Source: Takakia lepidozioides (taxonomy: Eukaryota; Plantae; Bryophyta). From it: 64,000 nt of DNA. The translations under genes were made by a program, and so were the position numbers. This document shows, piece by piece, positions 37,425-49,772 of this stretch (positions are counted from its first letter, which is position 1; each line of letters begins with the position of its first letter). The stretch covers positions 18,724,001 through 18,788,000 of the forward strand of contig CM060734.1 of NCBI GenBank assembly GCA_030704615.1, written 5' to 3'. A model generated the notes under the pieces. That model searched no databases, was not told the DNA's origin, and saw only the letters and a list, made by a program, of their open reading frames with translations.

Positions 37425-40260
37425 GACATGGAAGGGAATTGTAGGGTTTGTCATTCTGAACACCGCCCTGGTGGACATGTATGCCAAATGCGGGAGCATT
37501 GAAGATGCGAAGGTAGTGTTCGATTGTGGCTCAACAAGATGTGGTGTCGTGGAGTGCGATGATCGCATTGGCAGCAAGGCAAGGATGTATGCATGATTTG
37601 TGCAGAGGTAGTGATAGCTGAAGGAGCAGGATAGAGTGTGGTTCCATATTCATCCAAGAAGGTCGGATTTCAAGCTCCAGATTACCTATGGATCCCTGTG
37701 GAAGGATAGCTACAAGAAACCTCCATGGGTAGATGGTTAGCTGGAAGCGGCAGCTGTAGCGGCACAGTTGATAAAATCAGGCACCTCAACCATGACCACA
37801 GCTTCTGGAAGAGGATCAAGCGAGGGAGTCCACAATGCCTCTTCTGGCACTTATGGGCATGTGAAGATGTTTTATGAGGCAGGCAGACTGAAAGAGGCTC
37901 TACAAACTTTAAACCAAAGAGGCATTTCAGCAGATGTAGATACGTATGTGTGTCTCTTGCATAAGTGCATCAAGATGAAAGGCCTAGAAGTTGGAAAGTA
38001 GGTGCACACTCACATTGTCCAAAGTGGATTCATGCCGAACGTTTTTCTACTCAACAACCTTATCAGCATGTATGTTAAGGGGAGCATCATGGATGATCAC
38101 CAAGTGTTCAACACAGAATGCCTCAATGAACTTTGATCACGTGGAATATAATGTTGGCAGGATTACCAAGCATGGGCGTGGTACGAATGCTTTGGAGACC
38201 TGTGATTAAAGGATGCGCGAAGGGGTGAAGCCCAACCACATCGCGTTTGTATGTGTTTGCACTGCGTGTGCAAGCCTGGAAAAAGGGAACGAGGTCCATG
38301 GTGACATCGGTCAAAGCTGGAATTGCACCAGATGTCATTCTGAACATTGCCCTGACCTGGACATGTAAGCCAAATGTGGATGCATTGAGGTTGCAAAGGG
38401 AGTTTTTGACACTATGGCTAAACGAGATGTGGTGTTGTGGAGTGCGATGCTTGCAGGGTATGCACAACAGGAACGTGGGATGGATGCTTTGGAGACCTAT
38501 GATCAAATGATGGGGGAGGGGGTGAAGCCCGGCCACTTTGTGTGCATTTGCAATGCTTGTACAAGCCTGGCAGCCCTGGACAAGGGCAAAGAGGTGCATG
38601 GGGATATCATCAAAGCTGGAATTGTACCAAATGTCATTCTGAACACTGCCCTGGCAGCTCTGGAAAAGGGGAAAGAGGTCCATGGTGACATCTTTAGAGC
38701 TGGAATTGTACCAAATGTCATTCTGAACCATACCCTGGTGCACATGTATGCAAAATGTAGGTGCATCGAGCCTGGACAAGGGCAAAGAGGTGCATGGGGT
38801 ATCATCAAAGCTGGAATTGTACCAAATGTCATTATGAACACTGCCCTGGCAACTCTGGAAAAGGGGAAAGAGGTCCATGGCGACATCTTCAGAGCTGGAA
38901 TTGTACCAAATGTCATTCTGAACCATATCCTGGTGGACATGTATGCAAAATGTGGGTGCATTGAGCCCTGGACAAGGGCAAAGAGGTGCATGGGGTATCA
39001 TCAAAGCTGGAATTGTACCAAATGTCATTATGAACACTGCCCTGGCAGCTCTGGAAAAGGGGAAAGAGGTCCATGGCGACATCTTCAGAGCTGGAATTGT
39101 ACCAAATGTCATTTTGAACCATACCCTGGTGGACATGTATGCAAAATGTGGGTGCATCTAGGATGCAAAGGGAGTGTTCGACACTATGGTTGAACGAGAT
39201 GTGGTGTCATGGAGTGCGATGCTTGCAGGGTATGCACGGCAGGGACGTGGGATGGAGGCTTTGGAGAGCTATGAGCAAAGGATGGGGGAAGCACATCATG
39301 TTTGTGCAAGCTTGGCAGCCCTGAAGAAGGGCAAGAGGTGCATGGGGATATCATCAAAGCTGGAATTGTGCCAAATGTCAATCTGAACACTGCCCTGGCA
39401 GCTTTGGAAAAGGGGAAAGAGGTCCATGGCGTCATCTTCAGAGCTGGAATTGTATCAGATGTCATTCTGAACAATACCCTGGTGAACATGTTTGCAAAAT
39501 GTGGGTGCATCTAGGATGCAAAGGGAGTGTTTGACACTATGGCTGAACGAGATGTGGTGTTGTGGAGTGCGATGCTTGCAGGGTATGCACGGCAGGGACG
39601 TGGGATGGAGGCTTTGGAGAGCTATGAGCAAATGATGGGGGAAGCACATCATGTTTGTGTGCATTTGCAATGCTTGTGCAAGCCTGGCAGCCGGCCTGGA
39701 GAAAGGCAAAGAGGTGCATGGGGATATCATCAAAGCTGGAATTGTACCAAATGTCAATCTGACCACTGCCCTGGCAGCTTTGGAAAAGGGGAAAGAGGTC
39801 CACATGGCGACATCTTCAGAGGTGGAATTGTACCAAGGTGAATGCTTGTCAGATTACCCACCTCAACCATGACCACAGCTTCTGGAAGAGGATCAAGAGA
39901 GGGAGTCCACAATGCCTCTTCTGGCACTTATGGCATGTGAAGATGCTTTGTGAGGCAGGCAGACTAAAAGAGGCTCTACTGACTTTAAACCAAGGAGGCA
40001 GTTCAGCAGATTCAGATACGTATGTCTGTCTCTTGCATAAGTGCATCAAGATGAAAGGCCTTGAAGCTAGAAAGCAGGTGCACACTCACATTATCCAAAG
40101 TGCACGCCAAATATTTTTCTACTCAACACCCTTGTCAACATGTATGTTATGTGCGGGAGCATCATGGATGCTCACCAAGTGTTCAACAGAATTCTTTCAT
40201 CACGTGGAACACGATGCTTGCAGGGTGTGCACAACAGGGGCGTGGTATGGAGGCCTTGGA
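37425..40260 (+). pseudogene. PLS-class pentatricopeptide repeat (PPR) fragments, internally tandem-duplicated
   Basis: NTALVDMYAKCGSIEDA, DVVSWSAMLAGYARQGRGMEAL, GKEVHGDIIKAGIVPNV repeated; frameshifts and TAG stops; 39855-40260 repeats 37780-38200. Confidence 0.93.
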
Positions 40261-40261
40261 G

Positions 40262-40522
40262 AATGTGGTGAGGGCACCTTCTTCTTTGACCTATTTCAGC
40301 CTGTTTTCCCTCTCGTCAGACTCGGCCCTGAATTTACATATTGAGTTGTCAAGGACAATGTGGTGAGGGCACCTTCTTCTTTGACCTATTTCAGCCTGTT
40401 TTTCCCTCTCGTCAGACTCGGCCCTGAATTTACATATTGAGTTGTCAAGGACAATGTGGTGAGGGCACCTTCTTCTTTGACCTATTTCAGCCTGTTTTGC
40501 CCTCTCATCAGACTCGGCCCTG
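40262..40522 (+). repeat. About 96-bp tandem repeat, ~2.7 copies
   Basis: aatgtggtgagggcaccttcttctttgacctatttcagcc... at 40262, 40357, 40453. Confidence 0.9.
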
Positions 40523-41734
40523 AGATGCATATTGAATTCTGTAAGTTAGCTCGTTGGGTGGATCTGTGGTGGTTTGGAATGACTATGACAAGTAATTGCC
40601 GATGTGGCAGCATGAAAGTATCCAAAACAGATAACAGGATGAGGAGAAGGTGTGGAATGAATACTTTGTTGACCCCAGTGAATGGTGGAACAACCGAGGC
40701 AAAAAGTTGAATGCCTATTAGATGACAAAGAGTAGCAGACGCAATTCAGCATAGGAACTAGTGTGATTGGGTGTTTCCTAGGTTGTCATTGTCAGCTGCT
40801 AGCAGCAAGCATCCTGAAATCATGATCATGAAAAAATTGAGTGTGTTGACGCACTCAGTTCTCAGCAGTGGGGGGGGGGGGGGGGGCAAGTTTTTTTTTT
40901 TTTTTCTCCCCCCCCCTCCCCAAAAAACCCGCCGGGTACCCGGGGTGAAAATCCGGACCCGCACAACACTGTCATCGATGATGATCTTGAAATCATGATC
41001 ATGAAGAAATTGAGTGCGTTGACGCACTCAGTTCTCTGGGGGGTAGGGGACCAAAAATAAATAAATAACATTTTTTTATTTTTTTATTTTTCCCCCTTTC
41101 CCCCCCGCAGAACTGAGTGCGTCAACGCACTCAGTTTCTTCGTGATTATGAATTCACGATGATCATCGATGACATCTACCCAAATGCCCGGGGGGGGGGG
41201 GGGGTTATATATATATATATATATTTTGAATTCTCATGTGCCTAACGCCCGCTTAATTCCCAGCCTCGTTTCCCTCCACGAACATGACAGTTCGCTAAGG
41301 GTTAGGGTTAGGGTTTGGGGTTACGATTTGTAGTGCTTCCCCGGTTTGCCGTGTTTGCCACGTTTCCGAGGTAATGACGTCAGCTTAATTCCCAGCCTGT
41401 TTTCCTTCACGAACATGGCAGTTCGCTAAGGGTTAGGGTTAGGGTTTGTCGTGTTTGCTGTGTTTGTCGATTTGTCGTGTTTGCCGTGTTTCCGCGATAA
41501 TGGGTACTCATCCGCAGAAATACACCCTGTATCTTCCCCCCATTCTCGTGCCATGTGGACTGGGCTCACGTCAGGCTCTTGGGCTCACAGGCTCCTGGGC
41601 TCGCGTGGCTAGGCTCACACTCTAGCATCCCCCGTGAACACCTGTGTTCTCTGCTATGGCCATACACATTCGCTTCATGCTCCGCTGGTGCTACTGGTGT
41701 AGTCTGTGACTACATCTGTGTTTCAAGATGCAAA

Positions 41735-44047
41735 TCATGCTGCAAATGGTCTATCATGGATACCACTGTATCCCTTCAACTTATTGGCACTGACTCTACC
41801 AGACATCTCTTTGTTAATGGTTTGTAACATAGCTGTGTTGTTATCATACATCTTCTGTATGACATAAGGTCCTTTCCATGGTGATTTAAGCTTAGAAGCT
41901 TTAATCTTTCCGTTCTTCTGCAACCATTGTACCAAATCACCTGTCTTAAAAAGTCTTCAATTTACCTTCATCAAACTGATCCTTCCTCTTCATCTGAATT
42001 CTGGCCATGTTATCTGCTGCATTAGCACGTACTTCTTTCACATGATATAGTTTATGTTTCATTACTTTAATTGAATCCTTCAATTCCATTCTCCTCCCCC
42101 ATTCAGTTCTCATGGTAGGTAATAACAACTCCACTGGAAGTAAAGCTTCCATGCCATAAACTAATTGGAATGGTGTATACTTGGTGGTGACCTTATATGA
42201 AGTCCTGTATAACCACAAAGCTGTCAACAGCTTTGTATCCCAGTCTGTCCTGTTTGCATTGACTATCTTAGCCAAGATAGTGCATAGTATTTTGTTGGTG
42301 GCCTCTGCCTGCCCATTGCCTTGTGGATAATAGGTTGTACTCTTCTTGTGCATAATCATGAACTCCTTAGTCAATAGTTCAATGGTCTCATTAATGAAAT
42401 GACTTCCCTGGTCACTGATAAATTCCATGGGACAACCAAATCTTGTGCGAATGTTCTCATATAGGAACCTTGCTGTGGACTTAGTTGTGTTGTCCCTCAG
42501 AGCCTTAGCTTCCACCCATTTTGTGGTATAATCAGTGGTTGTGATTATATACTTGTTCTATGTATTCCTGGCTGGTGGATTGATTGGTCCAACAAAGTCT
42601 AATCCCCATTTCTGGAATGGTTCAGTAGGCATTGTAGGATGTAAAGCCATCTTCTCAGATCTTTGCAAAGGTCCTAGCCTTTGACACTCATCATAACTCT
42701 TGCATACTTGTGTACATCCTTGAACAAAGTAGGCCACCAGTAACCTGCAAGTAATATTTTCCTACCGGTAGTCTCTTCTCCAAAATGACCTCCAGCCATT
42801 CCCTTATGAACTTCTTCCAAAACTTTAATTACCTCATGTTGGTACAAGCATCGTTTAAGAACTCCATCAGGTCCTAGCTCATACAATCTTCCACCTATCA
42901 TAGTGTATGGTAATGCCTTGATAGCTATTCTTTTCCTCTGCTCCTTCCCATAGCTGGGTGGGCACTGCCCATGAGTAAGGTAGTATCTGATTGGCCACTG
43001 CCAATCGTCTGCTCTGTGCACTTCCACTGCAAATAAACTCGCATCAGGCAGTTGATCGTCTACTCCTGTGGTGGGTTCTCCTGTTGAAAGGCGTGACAAG
43101 TGATCTGCCACAAGATGCAAACGTCCAAGCTTGTAAACAACTTCGAATTCAAACTCGTGCAAGATAATTAACCATCTTGCTATCCTGCCACTTATCAAAG
43201 GCTTGTTCACCAGATAAATCAAAGCCTGATGATCCACATAAAACATAAATTTCCTTTCAAGTAGATAATGCCTGAATTTCTTGACTGCATAAATCATTGC
43301 CAAAGCTTCTCTTTCAGTAGTGCTATAGTTCCTCTTAGCGCTGTTCAACAATCTGCTAGCATAGTACACAAGTGAATCTATGTTTCCTGTGACATTTTGG
43401 GCTAACACAGCCCCCAATGCTTCTCCTGAGGCATCACAGTGTACATGAAATACCATATGCCAATGAGGGTTAATCAGTACAGGTGTAGTTGTTACTGACA
43501 ATGTAAGTTCATCAAAAGCTTGTTGACATTCAGCTGTCCATGCAAACATTGCATCCATCTTCAAGAGTTTGCTCAATGGTGCTGCCTTCTGTGCATATCG
43601 TCTGACAAACCTTCTGTAATAGCTGGTTTGTCCAAGGAATCTCCTTATAGCCTTAACATTTACTGGTGGTGGGGATGCTTTAATGGCCTCAGTCTTTCTA
43701 GGATCCACAAGCAAGCCCTTCTTACACACAATGTGTCCCAGAAGTACCCCTGAGTTCACACAGAAAGTACACTTTTCTGGATTCAGACCAAGACCTCTCA
43801 TCCTGCATCTGGCCAAACATAATTCCAACTTCTGCAAGTGCTCATTCTTAGAGCTGTACACACTGAAGTCATCTAAGAACACTTGCATGAAATCATCCAG
43901 ATACTCATGGAAAGATTCACTTATCACCTCTGGAAAGTTTATACCCACTGAAGCCATCCATGAATGAGTACATCTCATGGCCTGCCACAGTGTCCAGTAC
44001 AACTTCTGTGAATGGCAAAGGAAATGGATCTTTCTTTGTACAATCAT
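41735..44047 (-). pseudogene. Ty3/gypsy pol fragment (RT with deletion, RNase H, integrase), a second family
   Basis: FLDDFSV, LNPEKC, HCDASG, NYSTTEREALA, GGHFG, GLDFVGP, ISDQGSHF, PQGNGQAE, PWKGPY. Confidence 0.94.
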
Positions 44048-44439
44048 TCATCTTCTTGTAGTTCATCGCTTCCACCAATTGTCAAGCTCCTCGCTGTGTG
44101 TTCCTACTGGGCTTGAAAGGCGGGAGAAAAGAGAGATTGCAATCTGGACTGGAACGGTCGTCCTATATTGTTTGAACAAGATTACATTGTCGTTTCTGAT
44201 ACCGAATTGGCAGCCTAGTCTGCTGTCAATGCAGCTTCTTACGGTCATCTTGACGCCAGAGTTCCGCAGACACTGTCTAATTTCCTACGTGCTTCACCAA
44301 CGATTTCCAGACAACTAACAAACTAACATGTTTTGGCAGTACAATGCCGAAACTGATTGTCGTATGATAAAAAATGATCTGAAAAGAAAATTGTACCGAT
44401 ATATGCATCTACAGCCACAATGCCGCATCATCGTCGCCA

Positions 44440-44766
44440 CGTTCCACACTACGTGGCACCATCCAAGGTGACACACTGAGCCCCTACCTATTCATCATTT
44501 TTCTTGAACCTCTGCTAACATGGTTGGCTCGCGGTAACCTAGGATACCAATACAAAACCTCTTCTAATGAAATGTCCGCCACTGCTTATGCCGACGACCT
44601 TGCCATTCTTGCATACAAGCCCCAACATCTCAATCGTCAGGTTGACAAATTATCTCGCTTCAACCAGTGGTCTGGTATGGAGCTAAGCCTTCACAAATGC
44701 GCGGTCACCGCAACCACACACCACTGTAGTGTGAAAAAGAAGGGGCATAAATCCCCTTCTAGATAA
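44440..44766 (+). pseudogene. Non-LTR (LINE) reverse transcriptase fragment
   Basis: QGDTLSPYLFIIFLEPL..AYADDLAI..WSGMELSLHKC. Confidence 0.88.
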
Positions 44767-45794
44767 TTCTAAATCTGTTCCTTCTAGTGTAGCATCCACT
44801 TGCTAGTCCATGACCGATACACAGCTTAAAGACCCTATGTATTGTTCATGATCAGAGTTCATGTGTCCTCATCCACGCCGCAGCGGAAGAGAAGACATAG
44901 ATGGGACTGGGAAGCTTCTCCATTTTTATGTCTCAGATTATATAGGCAGGGCATGCAATGTCAATAAAATTGTTGTGATGCTACATGACCCCAACAACAC
45001 TCTATGTCGGTAAATGCATAGCCCGTGAGGCAATTTCACTTCTTGCAATGCTTGTCTGGAATGATCAACTGAGAAGGCATCAAGGATCTACCACAAAGTG
45101 CAGATCTGATAAGTCATCTACAGCTCATGGTTTTCCCTCTTTGTCTCTCAATTGAACATCCCATTCATTACCCCATTTACTGTGCAGCTCTCTCCCTTCC
45201 CAAAACTTTTCTCTCCCCTTTCAGATACAAGTACCCAGCTCCAATTATCCAACAATCAGCCTAAATCTACATGCAATGTCGATGTGCCCAGCCAGATATC
45301 CATTGAAATCATCTTGGAAATTTAACCTAGAACACACAAGCATCACCACTTCCTACATGAGTCCTTCTCTCATCCCAAACAAACCCCCATTGACCATACA
45401 GGCATTCCACTAAGCTCCACTTTTGTATTCAGCTTCCAATGCACAGGTTGCCCCAAGCTGAACCATCTTTCTCTAATAATGCAGGTGTACTAAACAGATT
45501 GCAGGAAATTTGTTTGCCATTCTTCTTGGGAACTATCACAATGGGTGATAGCGTTGGCCTGGCCAGGTGGTATCCCTTTGTATGCCTCATGATACTTGCA
45601 AAGATTGGATGCATCAGTTGTTGAGTACTTCCAGAAATGGTCACTCTTGGTATCAAGCATAGCCCACATAAGATTGACAAGGCATGCACATACGAGGCAA
45701 CGTGTTCTTACTGCTGCAAACAGGCACCCTACAATCCTCCATGCTTCATAAGCAGAGCACCCGATGCTTCACTGGAAATAGGCTGCCCTCTGAC

Positions 45795-47919
45795 CTTGTA
45801 GTATGCATTGTTTTGAAAGTAGATTGTGGATAGATGCTCTGTCAAGCGGTAGCGCCAGCCCAGAGCCAGCTGTGCAGTCAAGTTCCTGCACAATAGTGAC
45901 AATAATGGGGAGATCACCTCCATAATGGCAAGTTCCCCGAGGGAAGGTGCAACGATGGCAGAGGCAGCGCTCTGTAATACACTTGTACCCATTAGGCGAA
46001 TAAAGGCTGGTTTGTCTTGCTCTAACACATACTTCACACTTGTACCTGCCAAGTCCATTTGAATAACATGTCAAGGGATTGCTTGCACTAAGCAGTGACT
46101 GTTTGTAGGCTACGGAGTTATGCATTGACCTACCAGTGAGATCTGCGATACGGTCAGAGATCCAAGTGCGTCCCACCACAAGCAGTGCCACAGCCAGTAG
46201 TTGCCCTCCTTGTTTGCCTGATAAACTCGGCACCTGCCCAAAGTCTCAGTTTCAATCTTCTTGGACGATATACGGAAAGCAACTTGGGTGAACATCACCA
46301 TGATGCATATAACCCAACAATCAGATAATATAGATATCAATACAACACAGAGCAATCTCGTGAGGAAAAGGTCATCTAGACTTCAAGGTTTCCCTTTCGT
46401 AAGAATATTCATTCCTTCCATCAAAACCTGCTTTCAAGCATAAATCAAACCTTTACTGAAGACCAACTGAAAGAAAGGAAGCTGGCAGTATCCACAACAT
46501 TCATTGTTTGGGATGATAATAGACATTGGGGATACCGCATGCCTTCCAATCTCACTCATACGTATGATAAAACAGCTTGATGGCAGGAATAATGGAACGG
46601 AAACTTACCAAGATTTTTAGAAGTGATTGAATCCTTGCAGGAGTGTGTCGAGGCTCTGCACACAGTTGTGGACTCAGAGGAATAGGCACAACAGTGTCAG
46701 GCGGTGTAGAAGTTGCCAAAACAGCACCCACGTACAAATCAGCGGAATCATCATGTGTGTTCTCCTGCACCAGTGACAGAAACTCACCACCACCATCATG
46801 GCTCAAATCTGCCCCCACTCCAGGCTTGGCAATGCGACCAGCCACAGAAAAATAGTACAATAAAAATTCAACTACCTATAGAGGGAAGGAAAGAATGACC
46901 TGAAAGTAATGATGAAGACACAGGATTAAATTCTCTGAAATCAGCCGCATGAAGAGCGGAACTCTACGCAGGAAGGCTGCTCTGAACAAAAAGCCTTGCA
47001 CCCTGGCCAATCTGTTCCCCAATGCTGTCCTCAATAACTGCTCACCCATGCCACCAAACCCTTCTCTTTCATATTTGGTCTGACACCAATAAACCAATAG
47101 TTCTGTACCTCAAGTGCATGGTAACAGGGCAGACAAGTAATTGCGCAATCCCTAGAAACATATCTTCCATCATCAGTGTTGCATATCAAGCAAGAGAAGA
47201 CTGTGGTAACCCAGGTGCAGACCAGAAAAGAGTGATGAGAGATGTTTTTAAAACCAAGATTAATCTTTTGCCATCCAGACGTTGCAGAGTGGTAGGATCT
47301 GCTGAAAGGATAGCAAAGCTAGGCAAATGAAGCACAACATGGATACTTTTAGGGGACTGCCACTTGAGCAAACTACTTACCGCAATTGCTGCCAAAGACA
47401 GAATGTTTTCCATGCCTTTCTTGCCCATATGTGCTAGTAAAATGGCAACTACAGCCTTGACAGACTTCAGCCCACCCCCCCCCTGCATTGGCTTCTGGGC
47501 CACTTGGATATTATCTCTCTTGGCACTTCTAGATTCTGCCTCAGACTCCAAGCCATTTGAGCTTAGGGGGCTGGCCCTTGGCATGCCCGCTTAATCGAAA
47601 GTATGCCAAGCCCCCTCCAGCAAATAACACCGCTGCTGCAATGGCCAAAGTTTTCCTGAAAGGTCTCCCATTATAAGGTTGAGGGACACACACTGACAAT
47701 GGTACTACAAAGAACTTGCACATGTCCTACCCATCAGATCTGGAACCCTGGGATCTGTATGCCTCCAGTAGATGAGTCAAAGGACATTTCTGACACAGCT
47801 GTTTGAATTCCTACGATGTCTGTTCTGACATGAGTGGGAACCTGGGAATGCCAATTGCAGAAAAAATATTGACGCTGTGATTGGCGCTGCAAGGCTTGCG
47901 CAACCTGCAAAGAGGACAT
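45795..47919 (-). pseudogene. ABCD1: Peroxisomal ABC transporter D (COMATOSE/PXA1) internally deleted, truncated copy
   Basis: MSSLQVAQ; GGGLKSVK..AILL; RTALGNRLARVQGFLFRAAFLRRVPLF; then directly second-half KQGGQLLAVA..RTWISDRIA, TSVKYVLEQDK, LALGWR..NNAYYK. Introns kept, no NBD. Confidence 0.88.
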
Positions 47920-49772
47920 GTTGATATATCGTTTCGCACACACCGCTTCTGCAAGGCAATTATCTCAGTAATAAGCAACAGCTTGTGTGCTCTACAAGTC
48001 AAACTTCTGTAGAGCCATTAATAATACGATCCCTCTCGTACATGCCACTGTGAAAGATCCATCCTTCAGGTCATATAATGAAAACACAGCGCTTAGCCCA
48101 TCGGTAGAAAGTTCAGCCATTATTTTGATTCAGAACAGTGCGTCCAACGGCCTGCTGCGGCAATTGACCAAACGTCCTTGCACCAAGCAACTTCTACGTA
48201 CTACTTAGCTCTAGCTGACACAGCCCAGCATCTTCACGTAATTCCATTTGCATGTCTAGAGCGTCAGACATGGCAATTTGCCCAATTGCTGACAATCAGC
48301 ACAGCCTTCACTACGTCGGATTGTAACACCACAACCAGATCACTGGACCACTGGAAGATTGCATCTGCTGTAATCCATACGCGAACAACCCGCAACCACG
48401 CATCACCCTTGCCTTTCGACTAAAACATCACTCTTCTCTCCCAAACTTGACATAGACTTGGCACCCTTGAAATAAGAGTAATTGTGCGGAGCTAGGACTT
48501 CATGTGACGGAATTGCGCTTGTGACCTACGACGCCAGACAAAGCAACGAGCTACGCATCATGTGACCGAATCGGATCACCTCATCATCATCACTTCTGGC
48601 AACCCAGAAGACAAGAAGCCTCGTTCCTCCAGAACAGGACGATCACGAGAGGACGACAACATAATATCCGCAAAAGCAACAGAGAGGGATTGCGTGAGAC
48701 GATGGTAATAGACTGCATGTACGGGGGGGGGGGAGTGACCGAGCAGTCCGCCCGCTTTGTGGCTTCAGCTGACTATATCGCATTGGAGCTGCGTTGTCAC
48801 TGTGGGTGTCACTTTTTGTGAATTGAGCTTTTAGCTCTGCCCACATGACTCAGCATGCACACGGCATATGAAAGGGATATCAAAACCATGGCAGTATCTG
48901 TTGGCAAGTTTCAGGGCTCACAGTTGGCAGTCGATTCTTTCTCTCATCTCGTTGAAGCTGCTGGTTTAAAACACCTAAGGAGGGACGAGGATTCTAATAC
49001 TACTGTTTCTTCAGAGTGGGTGCCATGGTGACAACCTTTGTGCGAGAACATGTAAACATGCAGAGCTTTTACTAGGTAGGAATGCGACAGGTAGGGAACC
49101 AACTTGGGGGAGGCGATTTCAAATATAAAAATTATTAGTATCCTACAGACAGGGAGCCGGTCGAAATGTAGTACACATCTGCCTCCACTGATGAGTGGTG
49201 TCAATAATGAACGCTGCCCCTGATGGAAGAGAAGAGAGGAAAACTAGAGAAGAAGAGCTCCTATGCCATAGACTTGCACACTTGTGAAGGCGGACTGTGA
49301 GATCTCGGATAGGGAGAGGGAGGTGGGTAGCCGATGTTTATAAGATGGTTGATCGCTCAGACTGTCAGAGTTGGAAAGGGAGACATGGGTAGTCTACACT
49401 TTGATCGCATCTCTCCCGCGTCCTGCTTTTCCTTCTCACCACCTGATATTTCACGAAGACACATTGATTCATCTGTGTGAATGCAGGCTTGACTTGTGGA
49501 TGCTGCTATGGGAGCATTTGTGCAGTCAGGTTGGTGTCACTTTGTGTCCAGCAACACGGGTTGGAGAATCTCTCCGGGCAGCGAGTGGCTCTTAGGGAGT
49601 TAAGGGATTGTATACGTCCCAGGGAAGGAAGAGAGGGATCTGAGAGCGATGGAGAGTTGTGCCCCCGCACATACAATCAAGTCTGTAACTTGAATTGCGT
49701 TATGTGACGCATTGGTGGGACTAGGCTGAGGCAGGTCGGGGCCAGGGGGTGTGAAGATGCAAGCCGGCAGCC

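Larger units (their letters stand above)
36681..41633. mobile_element. Pack-MULE-like element (4953 bp) carrying PPR gene fragments
   Basis: Perfect 10-bp TSD gtgaacacct (36671-36680 / 41634-41643). Ends GAGCGTAGCTACGGCGTGAGCC and (reverse complement) GGGGGATGCTAGAGTGTGAGCC. Confidence 0.92.

Noticed and set aside
41298-41447. Chromosome end or interstitial telomere
   Set aside because: Only about three units per copy, and internal to a transposon.
45530-45570. LSPIVIVPKKNGK gypsy RT start
   Set aside because: Too short and isolated to annotate as a separate element.
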